Of a stretch of DNA of 54,509 bases, positions 1 through 7,874 are shown piece after piece. The stretch is taken from positions 1 to 54,509 of the IMG/VR virus record IMGVR_UViG_3300025070_000043; one strand, 5' to 3'. The notes under the pieces were generated by a model. It saw only the letters and a list, made by a program, of their open reading frames with translations, had not been told where the DNA came from and did no database searches. A program made the position numbers and the translations under genes. How positions within the stretch are numbered: the first letter of the stretch is position 1; each line of letters starts with the position of its first letter. The DNA comes from a virus. Lineage: Duplodnaviria; Caudoviricetes.

Positions 1-2
1 AG

Positions 3-362
3 CTTGGCAAGGTAAAGCTTGTTGATTGTCTTGTTGAATTATCCCGAATGGATGGGATAGGACTGGCAAAGGCTGGCTTCATAATGCAATTATGTATCGG
101 TGAAGTAGGCTGTATGGATACCCATAATCTGCAACGGTTCGGGCTGGATGCAAAAACTTTCAAATTTGGAAAGACTGCATCTGACAAGCTTAGAAGAATG
201 AAAGCAGAGTTATATATCCAAGCTTGCAATCAGCAGGGTGGTTGTGAGTACCTATGGGATAGCTGGTGCGAATTGATAGGCACTGAAAAATTCCCTGAGA
301 TTTACGGAACAGGCGAAGCGGTATCTAAGCTTCATTGTGAATGGTTAGGCATCAGAGCATAG
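3..362 (+). CDS. 5'-truncated helix-hairpin-helix (HhH-GPD-like) protein, possible DNA glycosylase
   Basis: Frame is open from base 3 (LGKVKLVDCLVELSRMDGIGLAKAGF...). GIGLAKA resembles an HhH motif, followed by GCMDTHNL like the VDTH of HhH-GPD enzymes. Confidence 0.5.
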   Translation, partial: LGKVKLVDCLVELSRMDGIGLAKAGFIMQLCIGEVGCMDTHNLQRFGLDAKTFKFGKTASDKLRRMKAELYIQACNQQGGCEYLWDSWCELIGTEKFPEIYGTGEAVSKLHCEWLGIRA

Positions 363-375
363 GAAAGGTAAGCAG

Positions 376-621
376 ATGCAAAATAAAATGGAAACAGAAA
401 CAGGCTGGCTGTTACGGTCTAAGGTAAAAGAAATAAATGATAAGTATCATACCGATTTTGAGGTAGTTATGACCGAAGGCGAAGGAAATCCTGAAGATTG
501 GTTGTATTGTCTAAAGGTAGGAAACCAATTCCTTGAAGAGGAATGGGACGGGCAGGAAATGTTCGCCTACCTTTGCGGAATGTATCATGGCGCAATGATA
601 GGAAAAAATCATGGCAGATAA
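376..621 (+). CDS. hypothetical early protein
   Basis: 81-aa ORF with AGGAAAGG upstream, co-directional with neighbours. Confidence 0.6.
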   Translation: MQNKMETETGWLLRSKVKEINDKYHTDFEVVMTEGEGNPEDWLYCLKVGNQFLEEEWDGQEMFAYLCGMYHGAMIGKNHGR

Positions 622-733
622 TAAAATCAAATTTAAAAAGATTTATCGTTCCAAAAACCATAAGGTGGAACGTAGAAGACAGGCTAGACAAAAACAAAAA
701 CTAGTCTGGACAACACTAACTGCAAAATCATAG
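611..733 (+). CDS. small basic hypothetical protein (40 aa, not in ORF track)
   Basis: Translated by hand: MADNKIKFKKIYRSKNHKVERRRQARQKQKLVWTTLTAKS; AGGA upstream; fills the gap between two genes. Confidence 0.5.
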   Translation: MADNKIKFKKIYRSKNHKVERRRQARQKQKLVWTTLTAKS

Positions 734-742
734 GAGAGAAAA

Positions 743-952
743 ATGCAGGTAGAAACTAAAATTTTGGTAGCTGACCCAAAACAAAATGTTAGCATCTTTG
801 CGAATGTATCTGTAGCAGATATGCAGGTACGCAGAATGGATAAGAAAAACCGCCATGGTAAGAATGGCACGTTCCATAATAACAAGGGCTATATCGTAGT
901 AGGACGTAGCCCTTACAATGGGCAGTTTGTCTCTATGAAAGAGACAGACTAA
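743..952 (+). CDS. hypothetical protein
   Basis: 69-aa ORF with strong SD AGGAGAG. Confidence 0.6.
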   Translation: MQVETKILVADPKQNVSIFANVSVADMQVRRMDKKNRHGKNGTFHNNKGYIVVGRSPYNGQFVSMKETD

Positions 953-957
953 TAGCC

Positions 958-995
958 TTGCAATAGGTGGGCGTATCTGATATGGTACGCCTACC
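958..995 (+). promoter_or_regulatory. sigma70-type promoter overlapped by an inverted repeat
   Basis: TTGCAA(958-963)-17 nt-TATGGT(981-986) with TG extension; inverted repeat GGTGGGCGTATC/GGTACGCCTACC at 966-995. Confidence 0.45.
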
Positions 996-1023
996 AACCT
1001 AATCAAATCTGGGAGATTTACAG

Positions 1024-1203
1024 ATGGACGAACAACACACATATTTATTTTCAGTAGGTGGCGTGGCCTTTTATGAGCATGGAAAATATGGCGATGAGCA
1101 TAGCCTAGTGGCTAAGGTAAATGGTAAATTTATAGACACCTATTTCTGGGATAAGCCAGATAGTTTTGAGGTGGCAGATTGGTTAGAAAGTGAGGTGGAA
1201 TAA
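1024..1203 (+). CDS. hypothetical protein (59 aa, not in ORF track)
   Basis: MDEQHTYLFSVGG...WLESEVE; GGGAG SD; stop overlaps next ATG (TAATG). Confidence 0.6.
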   Translation: MDEQHTYLFSVGGVAFYEHGKYGDEHSLVAKVNGKFIDTYFWDKPDSFEVADWLESEVE

Positions 1204-1430
1204 TGGCTAAACCATATGAAGGATATCCAAGCTGGAACAGCTGGAATGTAAGTTTGTGGATCAACAACGAATATAACCTATATATAACAGCCTATAATCT
1301 GGTACAGCGTGAAGGTATGCGAAGGGCTGTTGAGATACTGACCAACTGGTGGGGCGATAAGGTAACGCCAGATGGTGGAAGATTTAATAAACGGTCTATT
1401 GCATTGGCATTGGAAGGAATGGACGAATGA
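1203..1430 (+). CDS. conserved small phage protein
   Basis: YEGYPSWNSWNVSLWINNE resembles a common phage early-protein motif (YxGWxNxxTWNVxLW). Confidence 0.6.
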   Translation: MAKPYEGYPSWNSWNVSLWINNEYNLYITAYNLVQREGMRRAVEILTNWWGDKVTPDGGRFNKRSIALALEGMDE

Positions 1431-1564
1431 ATGAAGATTGCTATGAAGATTTAACATTTGAATTATCTACCTATACCGTAGATGGGGAGCACGTTTATCA
1501 TGTATCCACAATGGATGGCGAGGTAGTCGCAGTAATTGACAAACCAGAAGATTGGGAGATTTAG
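1427..1564 (+). CDS. small acidic hypothetical protein (45 aa, not in ORF track)
   Basis: ATGA overlap with the upstream gene; MNEDCYEDLTFELSTY...PEDWEI. Confidence 0.5.
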   Translation: MNEDCYEDLTFELSTYTVDGEHVYHVSTMDGEVVAVIDKPEDWEI

Positions 1565-1566
1565 TA

Positions 1567-1887
1567 ATGATAAAAGTACATCAACTTCTTATTCGTAATA
1601 GCAAAGGTGAATTGCTGTCTATCGTACAGGCGGATGGTGGTGAGGGTGGCATCATGGGCAATACCAATTCAGGTATGGTGGAAGCGGCTGGATTTAGCCC
1701 CTTGGCAGATGCCCCGGATGGATATCTAAATGCCAAGGATTTGGCTCATGTATTGTTACACTTTGAGGAGCATGGCACAAACCCTGCCCAGACTGAGTAC
1801 GAACAGGACATGAAGGAATTATATTATGATGGTGATGGCTGGACAGATGAAGATATTGACATCATGGAAAGGGAGATGTACAAATGA
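1567..1887 (+). CDS. acidic hypothetical protein
   Basis: ORF 1552..1887; ATG at 1567 follows GGGAG. Confidence 0.6.
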   Translation: MIKVHQLLIRNSKGELLSIVQADGGEGGIMGNTNSGMVEAAGFSPLADAPDGYLNAKDLAHVLLHFEEHGTNPAQTEYEQDMKELYYDGDGWTDEDIDIMEREMYK

Positions 1888-2060
1888 GCAATCTGGTAAA
1901 TGAAATGGCATTGGAAAGATGCTATGAAGAGGTCATGGTAATGACTGTTGATGACCTGTTATATAAGGTAAGAGATAAAGGCAATGACCATGATTATGAG
2001 GTGTTGCTAAAAATAGTTTCAGATATGTCAGAAGAACTGTTTGTAGAAAGGGCAGAATAA
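1884..2060 (+). CDS. hypothetical protein (58 aa, not in ORF track)
   Basis: ATGA overlap, GGGAG SD; MSNLVNEMALERCYEE...VERAE. Confidence 0.55.
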   Translation: MSNLVNEMALERCYEEVMVMTVDDLLYKVRDKGNDHDYEVLLKIVSDMSEELFVERAE

Positions 2061-2061
2061 A

Positions 2062-2328
2062 ATGGAACCACCAAAGATAAGAACCAATGAGATAAATGGC
2101 TGGAACTATTCCTGCTTTCCACATAGTGGAATACTTGGAGAGAAATATACTTTCCAAGAGTTATTCGATAGGATAAAGATACTCTTCCTAGATATCAAAG
2201 AAGGTATCGAAGTGGCAGATATACTGACCTATTACAATGACGGCATGGACTTCATGTCTAACACAAGAGCCAAGCCAGAGGAGCATGGCATAGAGGTAAA
2301 GTGGAGATATAAGAATGAGATACATTAA
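2062..2328 (+). CDS. hypothetical protein
   Basis: 88-aa ORF tightly packed in the operon. Confidence 0.55.
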   Translation: MEPPKIRTNEINGWNYSCFPHSGILGEKYTFQELFDRIKILFLDIKEGIEVADILTYYNDGMDFMSNTRAKPEEHGIEVKWRYKNEIH

Positions 2329-2614
2329 TTCTGAGACAGGTGAACTACACATACCAGAGTTTGCACATGGTTACTTGCTATGCTATTCACTGTATCATTT
2401 GAATGACATTCGTGAAGCAGGTGAGGATGATACATGGGAGCAAGTAATGGACGTGCCACTGATGGCAGGTGAACACTGTGATTATCAGACGTATGATTTG
2501 AACTTCTGGATTGACGATGAAGATGGCAAAATGTACTGCACCGCCTATGAGGTGTGGCATGATGAGGCAGGGTATGCTTATACAAAGACAGACGAACACA
2601 GGAGATTGTGGTAA
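2315..2614 (+). CDS. acidic hypothetical protein
   Basis: 99-aa ORF with GGAG SD. Confidence 0.6.
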   Translation: MRYINSETGELHIPEFAHGYLLCYSLYHLNDIREAGEDDTWEQVMDVPLMAGEHCDYQTYDLNFWIDDEDGKMYCTAYEVWHDEAGYAYTKTDEHRRLW

Positions 2615-3045
2615 TGCTGGCTGAAGCATTAGTATGTCTAGCACTTAACGTGTATCATGAAGCACGAGACCAGCCCTTCATTGGGCAGGTTGCAGTGGCA
2701 CAGGTAGTGATGAATAGGGTGCGTGATAACAGATATCCGAATGATGTATGCGAGGTAGTCAAACAAGGTGAGACATATTCATGGAAGCCTGACTTTCCTG
2801 TGCGTCATCGGTGTCAGTTTAGCTGGTACTGTGATGGTAAATCAGATAAAACGCCTGACAGTACAGCATGGGAGAAAGCCTTACTGATTTCACATGGTGT
2901 ATATCATGACAACTTAGATGATTTCGTTGAGGGTGCTACACATTATCACGCATCCTATGTTCTGCCTGAGTGGGCAGATACAAAAACAAAGGTTGTTCAA
3001 ATAGGTGAACACATATTTTATAGATGGGAGAATAACGATGCCTAA
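2614..3045 (+). CDS. SleB-type cell wall hydrolase (Hydrolase_2)
   Basis: CLALNVYHEAR, GQVAVAQVVMNRV, CQFSWYCDG, GATHYHA, IGEHIFY motifs. Confidence 0.9.
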   Translation: MLAEALVCLALNVYHEARDQPFIGQVAVAQVVMNRVRDNRYPNDVCEVVKQGETYSWKPDFPVRHRCQFSWYCDGKSDKTPDSTAWEKALLISHGVYHDNLDDFVEGATHYHASYVLPEWADTKTKVVQIGEHIFYRWENNDA

Positions 3046-3214
3046 GTATAAAGTAATAGCAACAGAATACATATTTAAGGATGCTCTTATAGAAGCAGAT
3101 AGTGAAGAAGAAGCAATTGCCAAAGCCGAAGAAGATGGTGTGGATTGGATAACAGTCGGTAGTGACTGGGAAATACATGAAGATATGACATTTGAGGAGA
3201 ATGAATATGCCTAA
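3038..3214 (+). CDS. small acidic protein, DpnD/PcfM-like
   Basis: KYKVIATE...IEADSEEEAIAKA pattern; paralog at 3491-3667. Confidence 0.55.
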   Translation: MPKYKVIATEYIFKDALIEADSEEEAIAKAEEDGVDWITVGSDWEIHEDMTFEENEYA

Positions 3215-3491
3215 TAATTTTGCAAAGACGAGAGATATTGAAAACCCATACGCAACATACCGGGTTGAAAATCCTAGCAATGGTATGTATTTTGAGTGGA
3301 GAGTATTAAAGGCATGGCAGACCAGAGCATCAGAAAAGAAGAAGCCCTATGGCAGATGGTTCTGTGCAGTAAAATCACCTATGACCTATGGCTCATGGGA
3401 AAGAGGTGATGTATATGCAAATGAAATACTTAAACTAAACCCTGAACTTATCCAATCAGAGCCTGAATGGAAAGAAAGAATGGAAAGCTAA
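3207..3491 (+). CDS. conserved hypothetical phage protein
   Basis: WRVLKAWQ...RWFCAVKSPMTYGSWERGDVY; GAGGAG SD. Confidence 0.6.
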   Translation: MPNNFAKTRDIENPYATYRVENPSNGMYFEWRVLKAWQTRASEKKKPYGRWFCAVKSPMTYGSWERGDVYANEILKLNPELIQSEPEWKERMES

Positions 3492-3667
3492 TGACAAATA
3501 AAAAGTTTGAAGTTATTGCACATGAGGTAGTAGAACACCTATATATAATAGAAGCAGAGGATATGGACGAGGCTATTGACTTAATACAAGAAGAGGATTA
3601 TGAACCTGTCCATAAAGAAAGTATTATGAAAATGATAGACGAAGTAAAGGAGATTAGTTATGTCTAA
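3491..3667 (+). CDS. small acidic protein, paralog of 3038-3214
   Basis: KKFEVIAHE...IEAEDMDEAIDLI; TAATG coupling. Confidence 0.55.
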   Translation: MTNKKFEVIAHEVVEHLYIIEAEDMDEAIDLIQEEDYEPVHKESIMKMIDEVKEISYV

Positions 3668-3857
3668 CAAAAAAGCAGCTTATGAAAAAAGAAATGTAAT
3701 GGTATCTGCATCAGACCTTTCAACCATTGTTGCCCACCACTGGGATTTAGCAGACAAGCTAGAGAATGATGGCTTTGAGTTTATTGCTGAGTCCATTCGT
3801 GATGTAGGCAAAAGATTTGAGGAGAAGCTGTACAAGTCTGGCTTCTGGGCGCAATGA
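3660..3857 (+). CDS. hypothetical protein
   Basis: 65-aa ORF with AAGGAG SD. Confidence 0.6.
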   Translation: MSNKKAAYEKRNVMVSASDLSTIVAHHWDLADKLENDGFEFIAESIRDVGKRFEEKLYKSGFWAQ

Positions 3858-4093
3858 TTATTAATATGGAGCTACTAATATACATAGTAGCTTTCATGTG
3901 TATCATAAAGTTTTGGCTGGACGGAGACAAGAGCTAATGACAGCAGAAATTTTTAATGTGTTCCTATTGATGTCTTACATAATAGGATGTATAATAATCT
4001 TATTAATATTATTATTAAAAGAGGATTAATATGTTAGAAACTATAATAACTATAGAACTAGTGATGTTAGTATTAGTTTTATTAAGTCACTAA
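3854..4093 (+). CDS. three tandem hydrophobic micro-ORFs (3854-3937, 3937-4029, 4031-4093)
   Basis: Translated by hand; 27, 30 and 20 aa; ATGA and TAATG coupling; GGAG and GAGG SDs for the second and third. Confidence 0.5.
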
Positions 4094-4109
4094 GAAAAGG
4101 AGTATTAAA

Positions 4110-4295
4110 ATGAGTGACAATCTTTGGAATAAAGACAGGAAGAAATTGTTTAGAGAATTATATCACCAGTATTTAGAAGAGGGATATGAAAACAAAGAAG
4201 CTAAAAAGCTTGCTAAAGAAGAGGCAGAAGAAATGATTGCTGAATCTGAGGAGTTTGCTATGAATGTAGCTTATGAGGAGTTTGGGGATGAATAA
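4110..4295 (+). CDS. charged hypothetical protein
   Basis: 61-aa ORF with AAGGAG SD. Confidence 0.6.
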   Translation: MSDNLWNKDRKKLFRELYHQYLEEGYENKEAKKLAKEEAEEMIAESEEFAMNVAYEEFGDE

Positions 4296-4464
4296 GATTG
4301 ATGTAATTGGTTGGTTGTTTGCACTTTGTGCAAGCATGATAGGTGTCTTGGTTTCGATGTACGAAATGTTAGGCTATGTTCCTGACTTGGTTATGGCTTT
4401 GTATACTATTAGTCTACCCATATTTTTATATAGTATTTCAATAGTTTACAACAGGATGAAATAA
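4288..4464 (+). CDS. small membrane protein (2 TM)
   Basis: Two hydrophobic stretches; GAGGAG upstream. Confidence 0.5.
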   Translation: MNKIDVIGWLFALCASMIGVLVSMYEMLGYVPDLVMALYTISLPIFLYSISIVYNRMK

Positions 4465-4465
4465 A

Positions 4466-4681
4466 ATGAGTAGTTTTTTGATAGAAGAATTGGTTGGAGA
4501 CAACGGCAGAGAAGCCACCATCCATGAGTTTAAAGAAAGCTATGAGGTAATACTAGCAAAGGATGGTAAGATAGAACATAAAACATTTTTTCCACTGAAT
4601 GAATTTGGTTTAGAACTTTCAAGAGATTGGGCTAATCGTTGGATAAAAGGAGTAAACTATAATGACAATAACACTGAATGA
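4466..4681 (+). CDS. hypothetical protein
   Basis: 71-aa ORF in the operon. Confidence 0.55.
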   Translation: MSSFLIEELVGDNGREATIHEFKESYEVILAKDGKIEHKTFFPLNEFGLELSRDWANRWIKGVNYNDNNTE

Positions 4682-4997
4682 GTACCAAGAACTAGCAATG
4701 AAGACTGCAATCTTTCCAGAGAGTGCTAAGTATTCTTACCCTGCTTTGGGTCTGGCTGGTGAAGCTGGAGAGGTAGCTAACAAAGCAAAGAAACTGATTC
4801 GGGATGGCGCAACGCCAGAAGAATTAGAAGAGAAATTGCTAGACATTGCAGATGAATTGGGTGATGTCTTATGGTACATTGCAGCAATGGCAGATGCTTG
4901 TGGTGTCTCACTTGAACATATTGCAAAAGCTAATCTACACAAGCTGGCTGACAGGGCGGTGCGTGGTAAACTTGGTGGAGATGGAGATAAGAGATGA
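4662..4997 (+). CDS. mazG: MazG-like nucleoside triphosphate pyrophosphohydrolase
   Basis: LNEYQ, LGLAGEAGEVANKAKK, DELGDVLWY, NLHKLADR...GDGDKR. Confidence 0.9.
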   Translation: MTITLNEYQELAMKTAIFPESAKYSYPALGLAGEAGEVANKAKKLIRDGATPEELEEKLLDIADELGDVLWYIAAMADACGVSLEHIAKANLHKLADRAVRGKLGGDGDKR

Positions 4998-5275
4998 AAA
5001 ATTTATATAATTTAATTATGAATTGTGAACTTAACCCTCTGTCTAATATCCCGGACACTAATACAAGACACATGATTATGCAGATACTTGCTTGGATGTG
5101 GTGTATTATATTCAGTATGTCTATAGGTAGTGTTATCGTATTTGGTATCAGTCTTTTTATTCATGCAGTAATTTTAGCAGGGATATTTATTACAGTTGGT
5201 ACATTTGAAACAGCAAAGCGTAATCCACAATACTTTGGTGGGCTTGGCAGAGGTAATGGAGGTGAGCATGAGTGA
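4994..5275 (+). CDS. membrane protein
   Basis: Two TM segments; NPLSNIPD and GRGNGGEHE tail. Confidence 0.6.
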   Translation: MKNLYNLIMNCELNPLSNIPDTNTRHMIMQILAWMWCIIFSMSIGSVIVFGISLFIHAVILAGIFITVGTFETAKRNPQYFGGLGRGNGGEHE

Positions 5276-5549
5276 AGACATTATGAAAATGACACATGAA
5301 GAACGTGTAAAGTATTGGGAAAAGGAAGCAGAAAAACAAAGAAAAGAAAGACAGAAATCTATAGATGGCTTGTCTTCTGAACAGTTGGAAGCAGTAAAGA
5401 TGGTACGAAAGTATGCATCCTCAATATGTGAAGAAGCTTTGCATGGTGCAGGTGTACGATATATTTATTGTGACCAGTTTAGTGAACTTGAAGAAGCTTT
5501 AGGTAAATTAAATAATCAATTCAATCTGATAGGAGAATCTTATGATTGA
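5268..5549 (+). CDS. hypothetical protein
   Basis: ORF 5196..5549; ATG at 5268 follows GGAGGTGA. Confidence 0.55.
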   Translation: MSEDIMKMTHEERVKYWEKEAEKQRKERQKSIDGLSSEQLEAVKMVRKYASSICEEALHGAGVRYIYCDQFSELEEALGKLNNQFNLIGESYD

Positions 5550-5736
5550 TGTCTATATCACAACGGGTTTTGATGACAAGGTGGTGACCAGCATACCTTA
5601 CCATGATTTAGAAGAGTGGTTGATAAACAGAGAAACATTGTGTAAGGCTATGGGGTATACAACCAAACGAACAAATCGTTTGCTTCATGTGCTTGACAAT
5701 GGCAGATTAGATACAGTATACTTCACCAGAAACTAA
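5542..5736 (+). CDS. hypothetical protein
   Basis: 64-aa ORF with AGGAG SD. Confidence 0.55.
   Translation: MIDVYITTGFDDKVVTSIPYHDLEEWLINRETLCKAMGYTTKRTNRLLHVLDNGRLDTVYFTRN
5693..5722 (+). promoter_or_regulatory. sigma70-type promoter for primase-helicase/polymerase
   Basis: TTGACA(5693-5698)-18 nt-TATACT(5717-5722). Confidence 0.5.
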
Positions 5737-5748
5737 ACAGGAGAAGAG

Positions 5749-7407
5749 ATGGAACACACAGATTCAAAAGAAGTTTCCAGAGGAAGTTGCGAAGCTTGTG
5801 GCTCGTCAGACGCAAATATATCCTACTCAGATGGACACACTTATTGTTTCTCATGCACAGCATATACGAAAGGGGATACAGACGATATGCAGTACACAAA
5901 GCCAGCACCTATTCAAGGTGTATATCACAATCAGTTTACAGATGGTCAGGTAACAGGACTTTCAGACAGAAAGATTAGCCAACAGACTTGTCAATTCTTT
6001 GGCGTAAAGACTGTCTCTTCTGGTGACCAGATTGTAAAACATATCTATCCATACTTTGACGAATCAGGTGCTCATGTAGCCAACAAGGTTCGTCAGGTAC
6101 AGAACAAGGGCTTCATGTCAGAAGGTCAGTTACCAAAGGCAAAGCTATTTGGTCAGCAGAAGTTTGGACAAAGAGGTAAGTTTATTACCATCTGTGAGGG
6201 TGAGCTGGATGCCATGTCTGCTTACGAACTAATGGGTTCTAAGTGGCCTGTTGTGTCCATCAAGAATGGTGCTCAGTCTGCACTAAAAGATGTGAAACAA
6301 AGTTACGATTACCTCAATCAATTTGAAACAATTGTTGTCTGCTTTGACAATGACGAACAAGGTAAGCTGGCTGCAGGTAAAGTTGCTCAATTGTTTGAGC
6401 CTAACAAGTGTAAGATTATGGATATGCAGTACAAGGATGCTAACGAGTATCTCAAACTAAACAAACGTGAAGAGTTTACTCGTGCATGGTGGGATGCAAA
6501 ACAATACACACCTGCTGGCATCCATAACCTTGCAGACATATCAGACAGGCTCTATCAAGAGGAAGATGTAGAGACTTGTCTTTATCCTTATCAGGGTCTA
6601 AATGAGAAGCTGTTTGGTATTCGTACTGGTGAACTGGTAACAGTTACTGCAGGTACAGGCGCAGGGAAATCCAGCATGATGCGTGAGTTGATGCATCACC
6701 TGCTTATGAATACAAAACATAATGTAGGTGTATTCTCTCTGGAAGAGAACATCAAACAGACTGCTTTCCATCTGATGTCTGTTGAAGCAAGTGACCGTAT
6801 CTATATCAAAGAGGTTCGGGAAAAGTACAGTCTAGAACAGCTAAAGGAACTAGAACGTAAGACCATTGGCACACGTAGGTTCTATGCCTTTGACCACTTT
6901 GGTTCTATTACTACAGATGAAATACTCAGCCGGGTACGTTATATGGTCAAGGCTCTTGACTGTAAGTTTATTATCATTGACCACCTGTCCATCCTTGTAT
7001 CAGGCTTGGAAGGTGAAGATGAACGCAGAAACATTGACCAGCTTATGACTAAGCTTAGGTCACTGGTAGAAGAAACCAGATGTGCAATGCTTCTTGTTTC
7101 TCACTTGCGTAGGGCAACAGGCGATAAGGGTCAGGAACAGGGCAAGGAAATATCTCTGTCCATGTTACGTGGCTCACATTCTATTGCTCAGATTAGTGAC
7201 GCAGTGATTGCGTTGGAACGTGACCAGCAAGCACAAGACCCTGTACAGGCAAACACAACCGCAGTCAGGGTATTGAAGAATCGTTATGCAGGTGAGACAG
7301 GTGTAGCCACCTACCTTCTGTATGATAAGGACACTGGCAGAATGTCAGAGATTGAGAACCCGTTTGAGGCAGACTCTAACGCAGATGATATAGGAGATTT
7401 TCTATGA
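5749..7407 (+). CDS. T7 gp4-like primase-helicase
   Basis: Zn finger CEACGSSD...YCFSC, TOPRIM ICEGELDAMS and FDNDEQG, Walker A AGTGAGKS, IIIDHL, LRGSHSIAQISD, LKNRYAG. Confidence 0.95.
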   Translation: MEHTDSKEVSRGSCEACGSSDANISYSDGHTYCFSCTAYTKGDTDDMQYTKPAPIQGVYHNQFTDGQVTGLSDRKISQQTCQFFGVKTVSSGDQIVKHIYPYFDESGAHVANKVRQVQNKGFMSEGQLPKAKLFGQQKFGQRGKFITICEGELDAMSAYELMGSKWPVVSIKNGAQSALKDVKQSYDYLNQFETIVVCFDNDEQGKLAAGKVAQLFEPNKCKIMDMQYKDANEYLKLNKREEFTRAWWDAKQYTPAGIHNLADISDRLYQEEDVETCLYPYQGLNEKLFGIRTGELVTVTAGTGAGKSSMMRELMHHLLMNTKHNVGVFSLEENIKQTAFHLMSVEASDRIYIKEVREKYSLEQLKELERKTIGTRRFYAFDHFGSITTDEILSRVRYMVKALDCKFIIIDHLSILVSGLEGEDERRNIDQLMTKLRSLVEETRCAMLLVSHLRRATGDKGQEQGKEISLSMLRGSHSIAQISDAVIALERDQQAQDPVQANTTAVRVLKNRYAGETGVATYLLYDKDTGRMSEIENPFEADSNADDIGDFL

Positions 7408-7874
7408 AGGTAGCAAAGATTGATGGGGCATATAACAGACGCTTCAGCCGACAGAGTTACGAGGAGAATGATGCAAAGGCTAGAGAAGCAATCATGTCCT
7501 ACTTACAAAACAATGGACATGAAATACTTGATAGCACAGAGAACTTTTCATTTGACATCAAGAGCAAAAAAGGAGATAATACGTACTTCTCAGAGGCAGA
7601 GATGAAGAACCAATGGAAAGGTGATTGGCCTGATACATGGAAAGAAATCAGGATACCCTACCGAAAACATAAGCTTATCAATAGGATGGCAGAATTAGGA
7701 GCAGACAATCATTTCTTTAACTTCTATGTCATTCGTAATGATTGCAAAGCAGCATGGCGAATCAAAGACTTTGTTGTTGCCGAATCAGAAGTTAAGAAGT
7801 TATTTAGTTATCGTGTAAAAGGTGAAAGCTTTTTCCACATACCCTATCAGAAAGCGGAGCTAGTAGAACTATGA
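7404..7874 (+). CDS. putative PD-(D/E)XK nuclease-like protein
   Basis: FSFDI...SEAEMK pattern. Confidence 0.45.
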   Translation: MKVAKIDGAYNRRFSRQSYEENDAKAREAIMSYLQNNGHEILDSTENFSFDIKSKKGDNTYFSEAEMKNQWKGDWPDTWKEIRIPYRKHKLINRMAELGADNHFFNFYVIRNDCKAAWRIKDFVVAESEVKKLFSYRVKGESFFHIPYQKAELVEL

